Below the pieces are notes generated by a model. The model worked only from the letters and a program-made list of their open reading frames with translations, did no database searches and was not told the DNA's origin. Positions 52,727 to 62,699 of a DNA stretch of 64,000 nt are shown piece by piece. A program made the translations under genes and the position numbers. The stretch comes from a virus (lineage: Duplodnaviria > Caudoviricetes): the IMG/VR virus record IMGVR_UViG_2841531823_000001, positions 32,356 to 96,355 of that record; one strand, written 5' to 3'. Positions within the stretch are counted from its first letter, which is position 1. Every line of letters begins with the position of its first letter.

Positions 52727-54385
52727 TCACGCCGTCTCCACTTCCCTTGCGCGGCGGCGGCCTTCGGCGGCTTCGGCGCGCCCCAAGGCCATGATCGCGG
52801 CCACCGCCGGGTCGATCCGGCCCTTCGAGCGGGCCTTGTTCGGCTTGATGTTCTCGGCCGCATCCTCGTCGCGGTGCACGTTGCCCACCGCCCAGGCCAG
52901 CACCGGATTGCCCGCGTGCCGGATCCGGCCGCGCGCGACGGCCTCCTCGAACCGCTTCATCGGCGAGGACATCGAGCCGTAGCCCTGCCCGTGTTCGACC
53001 AGCGGGAAGCGCCGCTTGAGCAATTCCTTCGCCATGTATTTCATGCCCCAGCGGTCATAGGCGAGCTCGCGGAGGTCGAACCGGGCCCGGATCGTCTCGA
53101 GCCGCTCGATCACCTGATCCTCGTCGATCACGCCGCCGGAATGGACCTCGAGCCAGCCCGCATCGCGCCAGGCGACATATTCGCGCTTCTCCTTCTGGGC
53201 GCGGGCGATGAAGCCCTTCGGCCCCTCGGGCAGGAAGGAATAGGCCAGGAGATAGATCTGGCCGTCCTTCGGCACGGCGACCGAGATCGCGGTGAGGTCG
53301 GTGGTCTTCGAGAGGTCCAGCCCCACCCAGGCGGGCAGGCCGTAGAGGGAGCGCGGATCGAAGGGCTCGGCACCCCGGTCCCAGACATCGCGGGCGATCC
53401 AGGTCTGGGCGCCTTCGGTCCAGAGGTTCATGTGCAGCCGGCGAAAGTTCGGCATCTTGCCCGAGATCACCGTGGCCTCACGGTACATCTCGCCGAACCG
53501 TTCTTCCGAGAAGGCCACGCCGAGGTTCGGGTTCGCCATCTTCCAGAAGCGGGGATCGGCCACGTCGCAGTCGGGCGGGGGCTCCGCCACATAGGCGAAG
53601 AAGCTGTCGTCGCTGACCGTTCCCCGCACCACCTCCTCGGCATAGTCGCGCATCTCGCCGCAGAGGCTCGCGCGGTCGGCGCCGGCCGTGGTGATGGCCC
53701 AGTCGATGGGCTGGGCGCGGGCGATCATCGAGTTCGTCAGCACCTCGGCCAGCTCCCGGTCGGTCCAGCGGTGGACCTCGTCGCGGGCGGCGAAGTGCGG
53801 GTTGATCCCATCCGAGCTGTTGCCGTCGCGCGAGAGGCAGGCGATCAGCCCCTCGGTCGCCGGCACCTCGATGGAGGTGCGCCAGACCTGCATCAGCGCC
53901 GAGAGATGCGGCGAGGCGCGGATCATGCGCTTGAGCTCGCGGAAGAGGAGCCCGGCCTGGTCGCGCGTGGTGGCGGCGCAGTAGCCCTGGGGCGCCGCCT
54001 CGCGGTCGAAGAGCGCGGTGAAGAGGGCCGGCACCGCCGTGTCGGTGGTCTTGCCGTTCTTCTTGGCCACCTGATGATAGGTGGTGCGGAAGCGCCGGAG
54101 CCCGCCCTCCTTCTTCCAGCCGAAGACCGAGCCGTGGCGGAAGGCCTGCCAGGGCCTGAGCGTGAGCGGGCGCCCGGCGAGCGGCCCCGTGGTGTGCTGG
54201 ATCAGCTCGGCGAAGTTCAGCACCCTGCTCGCGGCGCGGCAGTCGAACCAGAGGCCGCGGTCGCGCCCGGTCTCGAGGTCGGTCAGATGGCGCAGGCAGG
54301 CCAGGCGCACGAGCTCGCCTGCGGTCTCGCGGCCCTCGACCACATCGAGCGCATAGCGCGAGACCGGATGGTCAATCGGCTCCAT
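52727..54385 (-). CDS. Terminase large subunit
   Basis: AKKNGKTT, RDEVH, ITTAG, GLDLSKTTDL, RIDPAVA. Confidence 0.93.
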   Translation of the reverse strand: MEPIDHPVSRYALDVVEGRETAGELVRLACLRHLTDLETGRDRGLWFDCRAASRVLNFAELIQHTTGPLAGRPLTLRPWQAFRHGSVFGWKKEGGLRRFRTTYHQVAKKNGKTTDTAVPALFTALFDREAAPQGYCAATTRDQAGLLFRELKRMIRASPHLSALMQVWRTSIEVPATEGLIACLSRDGNSSDGINPHFAARDEVHRWTDRELAEVLTNSMIARAQPIDWAITTAGADRASLCGEMRDYAEEVVRGTVSDDSFFAYVAEPPPDCDVADPRFWKMANPNLGVAFSEERFGEMYREATVISGKMPNFRRLHMNLWTEGAQTWIARDVWDRGAEPFDPRSLYGLPAWVGLDLSKTTDLTAISVAVPKDGQIYLLAYSFLPEGPKGFIARAQKEKREYVAWRDAGWLEVHSGGVIDEDQVIERLETIRARFDLRELAYDRWGMKYMAKELLKRRFPLVEHGQGYGSMSSPMKRFEEAVARGRIRHAGNPVLAWAVGNVHRDEDAAENIKPNKARSKGRIDPAVAAIMALGRAEAAEGRRRAREVETA

Positions 54386-54809
54386 CGAGGGTCTTCAGGA
54401 TCTCGTCGAAGAGATCGCCCTGTCCGGTGACGCGGACGCGGGCCTCGTCGACGGGGGTGAGGCCGAAGCGGGCGGCGAGCTGGTTCATGACGGCGATGGC
54501 ATCCTGCCGCTGGCCCCAGACGGCGCGCTTCTTCTGCTGGCGGCCGTTGCGGGTCTCGACCTCGTACCAGCTGCCGAAGGCCGCGATGTCGCCGGTGAAG
54601 CGGATGACGTCGGCGACGGCCTCGCAATAGACCGCGAACGGATCCTCGAAGGCGGGCTCGAGCCGCTTCTTCGCGATGAGCACCGGGGCGAGCCGCTCCC
54701 AGACGTCGCGGCCTTCTGCGCTCATCCAGCCCGGGGCCTCGGGCACGGGCGCCGCGAGGTCGCCCTTCATCGGGATGACGTTCGAGACCTTCGGCTTCTG
54801 CCCGCGCAT
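54372..54809 (-). CDS. Terminase small subunit, P27 family
   Basis: MRGQKP..W..LAP..YC..FGLTPVDEAR. Confidence 0.88.
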   Translation of the reverse strand: MRGQKPKVSNVIPMKGDLAAPVPEAPGWMSAEGRDVWERLAPVLIAKKRLEPAFEDPFAVYCEAVADVIRFTGDIAAFGSWYEVETRNGRQQKKRAVWGQRQDAIAVMNQLAARFGLTPVDEARVRVTGQGDLFDEILKTLDGAD

Positions 54810-55070
54810 CGTGACTGTCCTTGTTCTATGGGGACTGCGCCCGCGCCGGCCTGCATTCCGCCGCGCCGCGGCCGGATCGGGGGCGCCGGGATCGGCGGTC
54901 ATCATGTCTGTTGTGCGCCGCGGAGCGGAGCGGGGGCTCCCGGCCATCGGCTCGTCGCGGATCCGCCGGTTCAGGGCCGGCGGCCCGATCCTCTGGACCC
55001 TCTCGCCCCTCTGCCCGGTGGGCTTTTTTTGCCAATTCGCCGCGCACGAAAGGGGAGGTACGAGCGCCGG

Positions 55071-55484
55071 TTACCTCGCCGACCCCTCCGATTTTGCGAT
55101 GCCCCCCGGTGGGTGGAACACCTCGCGCGCGGTCTTGCGGCTGTGGCAGGGCCGGCAGAGCGGCTGCCAGTTCGCCCGGTCCCACATCAGGCCGGGATCG
55201 CCGCGGTGCGGTCGGATGTGATCGACCTCGGCCGCGGCCACCACGAGCCCGAGCCCGGCGCAGTCGGCGCAGAGCGGATGGGCCGCGAGGAACCGCGCCC
55301 GCGCCCGCCGCCAGCGGCCGGTGGCATAGAAGGCCACACCCGCCTGCGCGGCCGCGCCGGCCTTGGCTCGAGCCTTGCGCGCCCGTGCCTTCGCCTCCGC
55401 CTCGGCGGCATGGTCGGAACAGTGCGCCTGGCCGGCCGGCGCGAGCTCCTCGCAACCGGGCGCGCAGCAGAGTTTGCGGATCAA
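55071..55484 (-). CDS. HNH endonuclease, packaging-associated
   Basis: HPLCADC..VDHIRPHRGD..NWQPLCRPCHSRKT; TTG start inferred. Confidence 0.88.
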   Translation of the reverse strand: MIRKLCCAPGCEELAPAGQAHCSDHAAEAEAKARARKARAKAGAAAQAGVAFYATGRWRRARARFLAAHPLCADCAGLGLVVAAAEVDHIRPHRGDPGLMWDRANWQPLCRPCHSRKTAREVFHPPGGIAKSEGSAR

Positions 55485-55587
55485 GGGGAGGCTCCAAAGC
55501 GAAGCGCCCGGAGAGCTGGGTGCTCGCCGGGCGCTTGTCTTCGATGATGGCAATCTGCCGACTTGATCGTGACAGGTCAAGCCCTTC

Positions 55588-56217
55588 TCAGCGCCATGCC
55601 TCGGAGAGCGCGTCCAGGCCTCGCTGAAGGCGGTCGAGGTGGCGGGCCTCCTCCCGCGCATTGCTCCATGAGCCAAGGCTCCGGAGCGACTGATCGTCCA
55701 GAACGACATGCTGGATGACCGGCCGAGCGAAGGTCGGAACCAGCTCCCACATGCGGAAGAACTTGCGCCGCCGATCCACCTGGGCGACCTGCGGATCCTG
55801 ATCGCCGCTCACATCGACGCGGACGATGGCGGCCAGCGGATCGCGCGCGGGCATGCCCGAGGCCGCCTCGAAGAGCTCGGCCGCGATGTTCGCCTGCTCC
55901 ACCGAGAGCTTGCCCTGCCGGTGATAGCGCCCGACCCATGTCTCCCGCCGCGTGCGGATCACCCGGTTCGGGTTGCTCTTCCTGCCGGTCTTGGGATCGA
56001 CCTCGGCCGCCTCCTCGATCCGCTTGCCCGCGATCTGCGCGGGCGTGAGCGGTCCCAGATCCCACGGCGCGAGCTTCAGGCTCACCAGCTTTGCCTTCAT
56101 GGCCTTGCGGCCCTTCGCGCCCCTCATGCGGCACCCCTGTCCTTGTTCTTGTTGCTTTTGCTGTCCGCTCGTCCGCACCGGCTCTGCCCGCCGCATGTCC
56201 ACCGCGCTTCCGATCAT
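55588..56217 (-). CDS. Putative late-gene regulator
   Basis: Last gene of the replication operon; C-terminal HTH-like segment; start uncertain. Confidence 0.6.
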   Translation of the reverse strand: MIGSAVDMRRAEPVRTSGQQKQQEQGQGCRMRGAKGRKAMKAKLVSLKLAPWDLGPLTPAQIAGKRIEEAAEVDPKTGRKSNPNRVIRTRRETWVGRYHRQGKLSVEQANIAAELFEAASGMPARDPLAAIVRVDVSGDQDPQVAQVDRRRKFFRMWELVPTFARPVIQHVVLDDQSLRSLGSWSNAREEARHLDRLQRGLDALSEAWR

Positions 56218-56792
56218 GCCGCCGCCCCTTCCTTGCGTCCGCGCCCGGCATCCACCAGCGCGCGGGCCTGCGCCCGGTCGCGGAGATAGAGCTCGAGCCA
56301 GTCGCGATCCTCCCGGCTCGCCGTCTCCCGGTCGATCCGGTCACGGATCAGCTCGCAGCGTCGGGCATTGTCCTGCGCCTGATCCCGGATCTCGCGCAGG
56401 TCCATCGCGAGCGGCGGGCGGGGATGCTTCAGAAGCCAGCGGTAAAGCTCCACCAGATGCCCGCCGGCTTCCGCCTTCGGCCCTTCGACCGAGGCGAGCC
56501 AGCTCGAGACCAGCCGCCGCTCGGCCGGCGGCGGCTCCTCGATGGCGCGCGCGAACTGCCGGATCAGCACCTCGGACGGCCAGACCCCATCGGCCGCGCT
56601 GTCGATCAGCACCTCGGCCAAGGTCATCAGGTTCTCCGCGCCCATGTAGCCCAGCTGCTCGCAGAGCCGCGCCATCGCCGCCTCATGCGCCGCGGCGGCC
56701 GTGCCGCGCCGCCTCACCATCCCGGCCTGTTCCAGCCGGTCCACCACCAGCGCCTTCACCCGCGCCCGCTCCTCTGCCTTCGTCATGGCCAT
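56214..56792 (-). CDS. Hypothetical replication-region protein
   Basis: Helical protein with RBS after the putative origin. Confidence 0.7.
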   Translation of the reverse strand: MAMTKAEERARVKALVVDRLEQAGMVRRRGTAAAAHEAAMARLCEQLGYMGAENLMTLAEVLIDSAADGVWPSEVLIRQFARAIEEPPPAERRLVSSWLASVEGPKAEAGGHLVELYRWLLKHPRPPLAMDLREIRDQAQDNARRCELIRDRIDRETASREDRDWLELYLRDRAQARALVDAGRGRKEGAAA

Positions 56793-56859
56793 CCCTTTCT
56801 CAGCCAGCCACGCCTGCCGTCTCGCCACCGCCCGATCTTCTCACCCCTGCAGAAGGGAT

Positions 56860-57000
56860 GTTTTGTCAGGTTCTGTTTTGTGGGGTCCGGTCCTGTCCTG
56901 TCCTGTAGGGCAATCACAGTTCCGGGCCTGTGAGATCACTGCAATCTCACAGTGATTAACTGTTACGATTGCAGTGATAACTGTGATTAACAGTGTTAAG
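56860..57000. other. Putative replication origin
   Basis: AT-rich; repeated CAGTGATWAACWGT-like units; inverted repeat CTGTGAGAT...ATCTCACAG; (GTCCT)n; directly after the initiator gene. Confidence 0.6.
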
Positions 57001-57684
57001 TCATGTCAGCTGAACGACCTTCGGCCCGCCGTGCGTGGCCTCGAACGCGGCCCGCACGTTGTCGGAGGTGATGAAGAGATCGCGCTGGCCCAGCCATTCG
57101 GCAATCTCGTTCACCACGTCCGGGCTCTCGGCCGCGCGGCCGCATTTGATCTCGACGAGCTTTCTGCGGACACGGGTCCGGGCCATCGCCTTGGAGCCTT
57201 CCGTCCGCGCCTGATCGCGCCCGCGCTTCCGCCGGTGCATGTCGCGGGCGATGCCGGCGATCATCACATGGCCGAGCCGGCGGTTGCCCGGCGCCTCCTC
57301 CTGGTTCGAGATATGGGTCTCGCGCCAGCCATAGAGCGCGCCCTCTCGCGCCGCGCGCCAGCTCTCGAGATCGGCGCCATAGCCCGCGAGGCGGGCGAGC
57401 TCGAGATCGTCGTCGGGCAGCGTCCCGGCCGGGTCCTGCCGGAAGGCCTCGCACCAGAGAAGGAGGGCCGTGCCGATGTCGGCGCGCCGGTTCTCGGCGA
57501 GCGCGCGGGCGACGAAGCGGGAGGTGAGGAGGCGGTTGATGTGGAGCGGCACCCATTCGTGGCTCGAGAGCGTGTCGCCGAAGGCCAGCGGATATTCCCA
57601 GAAGTCGCCGACGATCTCGGTCGCGGGCTCAGTCAGTCGGTCATGCGGCACGGGCACCTCCCGCGGCGCGTCGGAAGCGGTCAC
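57001..57684 (-). CDS. Replication initiator-like protein (DUF1376-related)
   Basis: LLTSRF..LLWCEAFRQDPAGTLPDDDLELARLAG. Confidence 0.75.
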   Translation of the reverse strand: MTASDAPREVPVPHDRLTEPATEIVGDFWEYPLAFGDTLSSHEWVPLHINRLLTSRFVARALAENRRADIGTALLLWCEAFRQDPAGTLPDDDLELARLAGYGADLESWRAAREGALYGWRETHISNQEEAPGNRRLGHVMIAGIARDMHRRKRGRDQARTEGSKAMARTRVRRKLVEIKCGRAAESPDVVNEIAEWLGQRDLFITSDNVRAAFEATHGGPKVVQLT

Positions 57685-57690
57685 GCTTCG

Positions 57691-58242
57691 TCATGGCAGG
57701 CCTCCATAGATGAAGACGGGCACCTGGGCTGCGAGGGCGGATGCGACCTCATGCCGGATGCCGGTGGATTGCGCCCAGCCGCGGATCTCGGGGACCACGA
57801 CGGCAGCGCAGACGGAGAGGATGGGGCGGCACCAGTCCTCCCAGAGGACGGGAGCGAACGGGTCGATCCGAAGCCGCGGGAACATGGTCGCATGGAGCGC
57901 GGCGGCCGAGAGCACCACGGGCGAGATCGCGGTGACGCCGACCTCGAGGAGCCGCGCGACCTCGCGCGCCGCCTCGGCCATGGCGGCCTCGGACTGATCC
58001 CGCGACCAGCGCCCATCGGGGCCGACCGCGCGCAAGCTGTAGGGCGAGGCCAGATAGACCGGCCGCCCCCAGCGCGCATGCCGCGCGACAAGCGCCGGGG
58101 TCGCGCCCCAGCGCAACAGATCCGCCCGGCCCGCGGGATGGCGCCGCAGCGCGGCCCATCCGTTCGATCGAAAAGCGCCGGAGGCCGCAGCCCCCGGCGA
58201 AGTGGCCGCGTCCTGTACAGGCAAGGGCGCGGCGGCGGTCAC
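57691..58242 (-). CDS. DUF1937 family protein
   Basis: VYLASPYS, ISPV, GWAQSTGIRHE. Confidence 0.8.
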   Translation of the reverse strand: MTAAAPLPVQDAATSPGAAASGAFRSNGWAALRRHPAGRADLLRWGATPALVARHARWGRPVYLASPYSLRAVGPDGRWSRDQSEAAMAEAAREVARLLEVGVTAISPVVLSAAALHATMFPRLRIDPFAPVLWEDWCRPILSVCAAVVVPEIRGWAQSTGIRHEVASALAAQVPVFIYGGLP

Positions 58243-58511
58243 AGAAGGCTCCCGAGAGCCGTGGCGAGGATCGCAGATCCCGCCAGGACGGACGGCACCA
58301 GCCACCAGCAGGAGGGCATTCGATAAGGACGGGGAGCGTTGTCCTGCCGGTAGGTTTCCTCCGCCTCGTCGCAAGAGGCGTCCTGCGGAAAGTGTTGGGA
58401 AAGTTTTCCAAGGCGCTTCCGGGCATGAGCCGCCCAGAAGTCCGCCACCGCACCGAGGTGGATGGCTGCGGTGATTTCGGCCACGAGGACCTTGCGCATG
58501 ATCGTGATCAT
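58239..58511 (-). CDS. Small membrane protein
   Basis: ATGA-coupled; C-terminal RMPSCWWLVPSVLAG helix. Confidence 0.6.
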   Translation of the reverse strand: MITIMRKVLVAEITAAIHLGAVADFWAAHARKRLGKLSQHFPQDASCDEAEETYRQDNAPRPYRMPSCWWLVPSVLAGSAILATALGSLL

Positions 58512-58765
58512 TCCTGTGCCTGTAGGGTTGTCGCCGCCTCTGCGGGGAAGTTCTGGTAGGCGAGGCCGACGACGAACCCGCTGGGGGAATGACTGCCGTC
58601 CCACCATTTGCGGGCCGTCGACCCGTCGACACCGAAGGTCATGGCCGCATGCTCGGGACTGTCGAAGTTCTCGCGCACGAAGCGCGACCAGCGCGCTGCG
58701 AAGAAGGCGCGATAGGTCATCGCCTCCCGCTTCGCGGAAGACTTTCCGGGGGACTTTCCTGACAT
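58508..58765 (-). CDS. CII-like HTH protein
   Basis: AAMTFGVDGSTARKWWDG; downstream of cro. Confidence 0.7.
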   Translation of the reverse strand: MSGKSPGKSSAKREAMTYRAFFAARWSRFVRENFDSPEHAAMTFGVDGSTARKWWDGSHSPSGFVVGLAYQNFPAEAATTLQAQE

Positions 58766-58836
58766 GGTTGCTCCATCCTGAACCCGACCAGAGGTTTTCG
58801 ATGACGAAGCAAGTTCATGACGAAGGGCCGGGGCGT

Positions 58837-59049
58837 TCATTTGAGCGTCCCGGTCGATTGTTCCTTGGGGCTATTCGCGGCCATCCATGCCCGGAGAGCT
58901 CGCGCTTCCTCGGCATACTTGCACGCCCGACGCTTCATGCGGTCGTAGAGCCGAGCGTTCCCCAGCGCCTTCTGGCAGATCGTCGTCGGCTTGAGGCCTG
59001 TGGCCTCGCTGTGCGCGTCGATCTCTGAGATGATGATGTTCGGGTCCAT
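58837..59049 (-). CDS. Cro-like regulator
   Basis: IISEID..TGLKPTTICQKALGNARLYDR; divergent from the repressor. Confidence 0.75.
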   Translation of the reverse strand: MDPNIIISEIDAHSEATGLKPTTICQKALGNARLYDRMKRRACKYAEEARALRAWMAANSPKEQSTGTLK

Positions 59050-59061
59050 GCGGCAAGACAT

Positions 59062-59723
59062 TTGGCATTTGCCAACTGTTGTCAAGCGGCAACTGCCAAA
59101 TTGCAAATGCCAAACGGCACAGGCAAGGTTCGCCAGATGGAGATGAGCCCGTTCGCCACTCGACTCTCAGCGCTGCTGGATGAGCGCAACATGACCCGCG
59201 CGGACTTGGCGAGGGCCGCAGGCATCCCTTACCACCGACTCAATCCTTGGTTCTCTCGGCCCAAGGCCAAGCCCATGGGGGCCGACCTTCACGCGGTTGC
59301 TAGGGTCATGGGTGTATCGGAGGACTTCCTGCTCAGAGGCGGGGAACGCCGCCCCTACTCCGCCCTGGATAGCCTTTTAAGGCGCGCGGCGACGCTAGAC
59401 CCAAAGGGTCAAGAGGATCTTGCCACCTATCTTGAGTTCCTTCTTGCTCGGCAAGAAGCAGCTCGGAATGATCAAGACTGATCACGATGGCCAAGGCTGT
59501 CGCTTCGTCGAGCTTCAAGATTGCTCGTCTAAGCCTATCAGAGATGCACACTTCGTATCCAAAACGTTCACTTTTGGTTCATTCTGCGAACTAACCGGAG
59601 GCGGAGTCAATGCCGCAAGGCATTAGGCTGCGACCTTAGCTGGTTAGGACACGCCCAGAGTAGCAACGCGGCACCATGTTTGGCAATCGCCAAACTTCGT
59701 GCTTGCTATTTGGCAAATGCAAA
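59062..59723. promoter_or_regulatory. Prophage 2 operators, consensus TTGGCA-N2-TGCCAA
   Basis: Copies at 59062-59075, 59086-59099, 59100-59113, 59680-59693 and 59710-59723, flanking the repressor gene. Confidence 0.8.
59137..59481 (+). CDS. CI-like XRE repressor without S24 domain
   Basis: FATRLSALLDERNMTRADLARAAGI..MGVSEDFLL. Confidence 0.82.
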   Translation: MEMSPFATRLSALLDERNMTRADLARAAGIPYHRLNPWFSRPKAKPMGADLHAVARVMGVSEDFLLRGGERRPYSALDSLLRRAATLDPKGQEDLATYLEFLLARQEAARNDQD

Positions 59724-59761
59724 GTAACTTCCAGTCCGTCGATGCAAAGATGGAGCACTTC

Positions 59762-59959
59762 ATGCCCGCCACCGCCATCCGCTACCCGGCCCCCGCGCCG
59801 GTTGCGCGTTTCGCCCTCCTCGACCTGACCGAGCCGCAGCTGCGCAGGCTGCTTGCCGCGGCCGAGGCGGGGCTCCCGCAGCTCGACGCCGCCGACGCCG
59901 AGACCGACGCTGAGCTCGCCGCCATCCTCGGCGAGGCACGGGAGGCGCTCGGAGCATGA
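59762..59959 (+). CDS. Hypothetical early protein
   Basis: GGAG RBS after an operator-bearing promoter. Confidence 0.6.
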   Translation: MPATAIRYPAPAPVARFALLDLTEPQLRRLLAAAEAGLPQLDAADAETDAELAAILGEAREALGA

Positions 59960-60288
59960 GCCGGATCCTGCCCCTCACGCCCCGCGATCTGAATGCCGCG
60001 CGCCATCGGGCCGAGCACGCGCCCACGCCCGAGATCCGCGCGGCCGCCAGTCGCCTGCTGACGGAACACGAGCTGGCCGTCGCCATGGGCCGCCCGCTGC
60101 ACCGCGCCCGGCCGCGGCCGGCCTTCCGGACGAGCAGGCCGAGCCCGCTCGGGCCGAACCGCACCGGCTTCCTCGTGGGCGCGCTCGCGCTCCTGGGCTT
60201 CCTGTTCGTGGCCACCGTGCTCTGGGTCCATGTCACCGACGTAGCCGAGACCATGCGCCAGCAGGCCAGCGCGATGCGGGGCATGTGA
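59956..60288 (+). CDS. Membrane protein
   Basis: ATGA coupling, one hydrophobic helix. Confidence 0.65.
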   Translation: MSRILPLTPRDLNAARHRAEHAPTPEIRAAASRLLTEHELAVAMGRPLHRARPRPAFRTSRPSPLGPNRTGFLVGALALLGFLFVATVLWVHVTDVAETMRQQASAMRGM

Positions 60289-60683
60289 TGGAGGCCGCCC
60301 CGCAGCCCGCGCCGCGCTCCGGGCCGGTTCGCGTCGAGGACCTCAGCGCGGCCGACCTCGACCGCATGGCCGCGGCCATCGACAGCGGCCGGATCCGGAA
60401 GCCGCCGATGAAGGAGACCCCGGCCGACCGCGCCGTGGCCGAGGCCGCCTATCAGGTCGCGGCCGACGAGCTCCGCCAGTTCATCGAGCGCTTCGAGCAG
60501 CTCGAGGCCGAGAAGAAGGAGATCGGCGGCCAGCAGAAGGAGCTGATGGCCGAAGCGAAGGGCAGGGGCTACGCGCCGAAGATCCTCAGGATGATCGTGG
60601 CGCTCCACAAGCGGACCCCCGACGACATTGCCGAGGAGGAGACGCTCCTCGAGCTCTACAAGGCCGCGCTCGGCATGGCCTGA
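60288..60683 (+). CDS. GapR/DUF2312 family protein with N-terminal extension
   Basis: VAADELRQFIERFEQLEAEKKE..EAKGRGY..LELYKAALGMA. Confidence 0.9.
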   Translation: MEAAPQPAPRSGPVRVEDLSAADLDRMAAAIDSGRIRKPPMKETPADRAVAEAAYQVAADELRQFIERFEQLEAEKKEIGGQQKELMAEAKGRGYAPKILRMIVALHKRTPDDIAEEETLLELYKAALGMA

Positions 60684-60806
60684 CCCACCCCCGGCGCGGC
60701 GGGTCCGTCCGCGCAGCTTCCGTTCAACATGCCCGGCGCCTCCGCGGCCCGGGTCCTGTCCCGCGCTCCGGCGCGCCGAAGAAGATTTGCATGAAGGGCA
60801 TCCCGC

Positions 60807-62627
60807 ATGGCTAAGGACTTCGTTTCCCGAGGCGATCTGCGCCTCATCCCGCTCGCCGAGCTCCGGCTCTCGCCCCTCAACAGCCGCCAGGAGATCGCGG
60901 CCGAGGAGGTCGAGGCCATGGCCGAGAGCCTCGCCGTGGCGGGACTCCTGCAGAACCTGATCGGCCATCTGACACCCACGGGCATCGAGATCGTGGGCGG
61001 CGGCACCCGGCTCCGCGCGCTGCAGCGCCTCGCGGCCGAGGGCTGGAGCCGGCATGAGGATCTCATTCCGATAGATCCGGTGCCGGTGAAGGTGACGGCC
61101 GACCTGCAGGAGGCGGTGGCCTGGGCGGGCACCGAGAACAGCGCGCGCTCGGCGCTGCACCCGGCCGACGAGGTCCGCGCCTATGCCGCGATGCGCGAGC
61201 GCGGCGCGAGCCTGTCGCGGATCGCGCGCAGCTTTGCGCGCTCCGAGGCCCATGTCGAGCGGCGCCTGAAGCTCGCGGACCTGCCGGCCGAGGCGCTGGC
61301 GGCGCTCCGGGCGAACGAGATCTCGCTCGAGATGGCGAAGGCGCTGACGCTGGCGCCGAGCGGCGAGCGCTGCCTTGAGGTGCTGGAATCGGTGCGGGGC
61401 CGCGACGTGCGGCCGGAGCAGGTCCGGCGCGAGCTCACGCCCGGGACCGTGCCCTCGACCGACCGGCGGGCGGTCTTCGTGGGGCTCGAGGCCTATCTCG
61501 CCGCCGGCGGAACCTCTCAGCGCGATCTCTTCGCCGACCGGACGCTGCTGGAGGACGAGGCGCTCCTCGACCGGCTCTTCGCCGAGAAGGGGGCGGCCGA
61601 GGCCGAGCGGATCCGCGCCGCCGAGGGCTGGGAATGGGCGACGTGGGTGCCGGAGGAATATGTCTCCTGGACCGTGACGCAGAAGCTGACGCGGCTCTAC
61701 GCCCGGCCGGGGAAGCTCTCGGACGGAGAGGAAGCGGAGCTCGAGGCGCTCGAGGAGCGCGAGGCCGACGGTGCCCTCGACGAGGCCGACCGCGCGCGGC
61801 TGGCCGAGCTCGAGGCCCGGCGCGAGGGCGGCTTCACCGACGCGCAGCGCGCCTCGGCCGGGATCTTCGTCTATTGCAGCAGCCGGGAGGGCCTGACGGT
61901 CGAGCGCGCCTATCAGCAACCGCGGGCGGTTCCGCGCGGCGCGGCCGAGGCGGCGCCCGACCTGCCGCAATCGCTGATTGAGGACCTGCACCGGATCCGG
62001 CTCGGGGCGCTGCAGGCGCGGCTGATGGACCAGTCGGAGCTCATGCTCGACCTGCTGGCCTGGTCGCTCGGCGGCGGCCTGCGCCCTTGGGCGCGCCCGC
62101 TCGCGATCTCGCCGACCGATCAGCCCATCGCGCCGGAGAAGGGGGAGGGCACCAGCTACCCGCCGCGGCTGGCGGCGCGGCTCGAGCCGAACAGGAGCCT
62201 CGGGCCGGACGGCACTCCGGCCGAGTTCGAGGCCTTCCGGGCGCTGGGGAAGAAGCACCGCAACCAGATACTGACCGAGGCGCTGGCGCGGACCTTCTGC
62301 ACCGGCAGCTCGGGCCTTTCGGCCGCCCTCGCGCGCCAGCTCGGGGTGGAGGTGCGCCGGATCTGGACGCCGACCGCCCAGGGCTTCCTCGGGCGCTGCA
62401 GCGCGGGCTATCTCGACCGGCTCTGGAGCGAGCTCGTGCCGGCACCCGAAGCGGACACGGCTCACCAGAGCTTCCAGAAGCTGAAGAAGGGGGAGAAGGC
62501 GAAGCGCCTCGAGGCGCTCTTTGCGGACCCCGCCACCCGCGAGGCCCTGGGCCTCAGCCGCGAGCATTGCGCGAAGATCGACGCCTGGGTGCCGGCCGAG
62601 CTCGACTGGCCGGAGGGGAAGGGATGA
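60807..62627 (+). CDS. ParB/RepB/Spo0J family protein, long plasmid-type form
   Basis: SPLNSR, GLLQNL, GGTRLRAL, EN..R..LHPADE, HTH. Confidence 0.88.
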   Translation: MAKDFVSRGDLRLIPLAELRLSPLNSRQEIAAEEVEAMAESLAVAGLLQNLIGHLTPTGIEIVGGGTRLRALQRLAAEGWSRHEDLIPIDPVPVKVTADLQEAVAWAGTENSARSALHPADEVRAYAAMRERGASLSRIARSFARSEAHVERRLKLADLPAEALAALRANEISLEMAKALTLAPSGERCLEVLESVRGRDVRPEQVRRELTPGTVPSTDRRAVFVGLEAYLAAGGTSQRDLFADRTLLEDEALLDRLFAEKGAAEAERIRAAEGWEWATWVPEEYVSWTVTQKLTRLYARPGKLSDGEEAELEALEEREADGALDEADRARLAELEARREGGFTDAQRASAGIFVYCSSREGLTVERAYQQPRAVPRGAAEAAPDLPQSLIEDLHRIRLGALQARLMDQSELMLDLLAWSLGGGLRPWARPLAISPTDQPIAPEKGEGTSYPPRLAARLEPNRSLGPDGTPAEFEAFRALGKKHRNQILTEALARTFCTGSSGLSAALARQLGVEVRRIWTPTAQGFLGRCSAGYLDRLWSELVPAPEADTAHQSFQKLKKGEKAKRLEALFADPATREALGLSREHCAKIDAWVPAELDWPEGKG

Positions 62628-62699
62628 GCAGGAAGGAACAGTTTCGCGCGGCGCTGCCGGGCGGTGCGCAGTGCTGGCTCGTGGGAAGGGGAAAGGACG

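Noticed and set aside
40369-54809. Gene transfer agent cluster
   Set aside because: The head-tail genes are linked to their own integrase, repressor, replication and HNH/P27 terminase genes, which indicates a prophage
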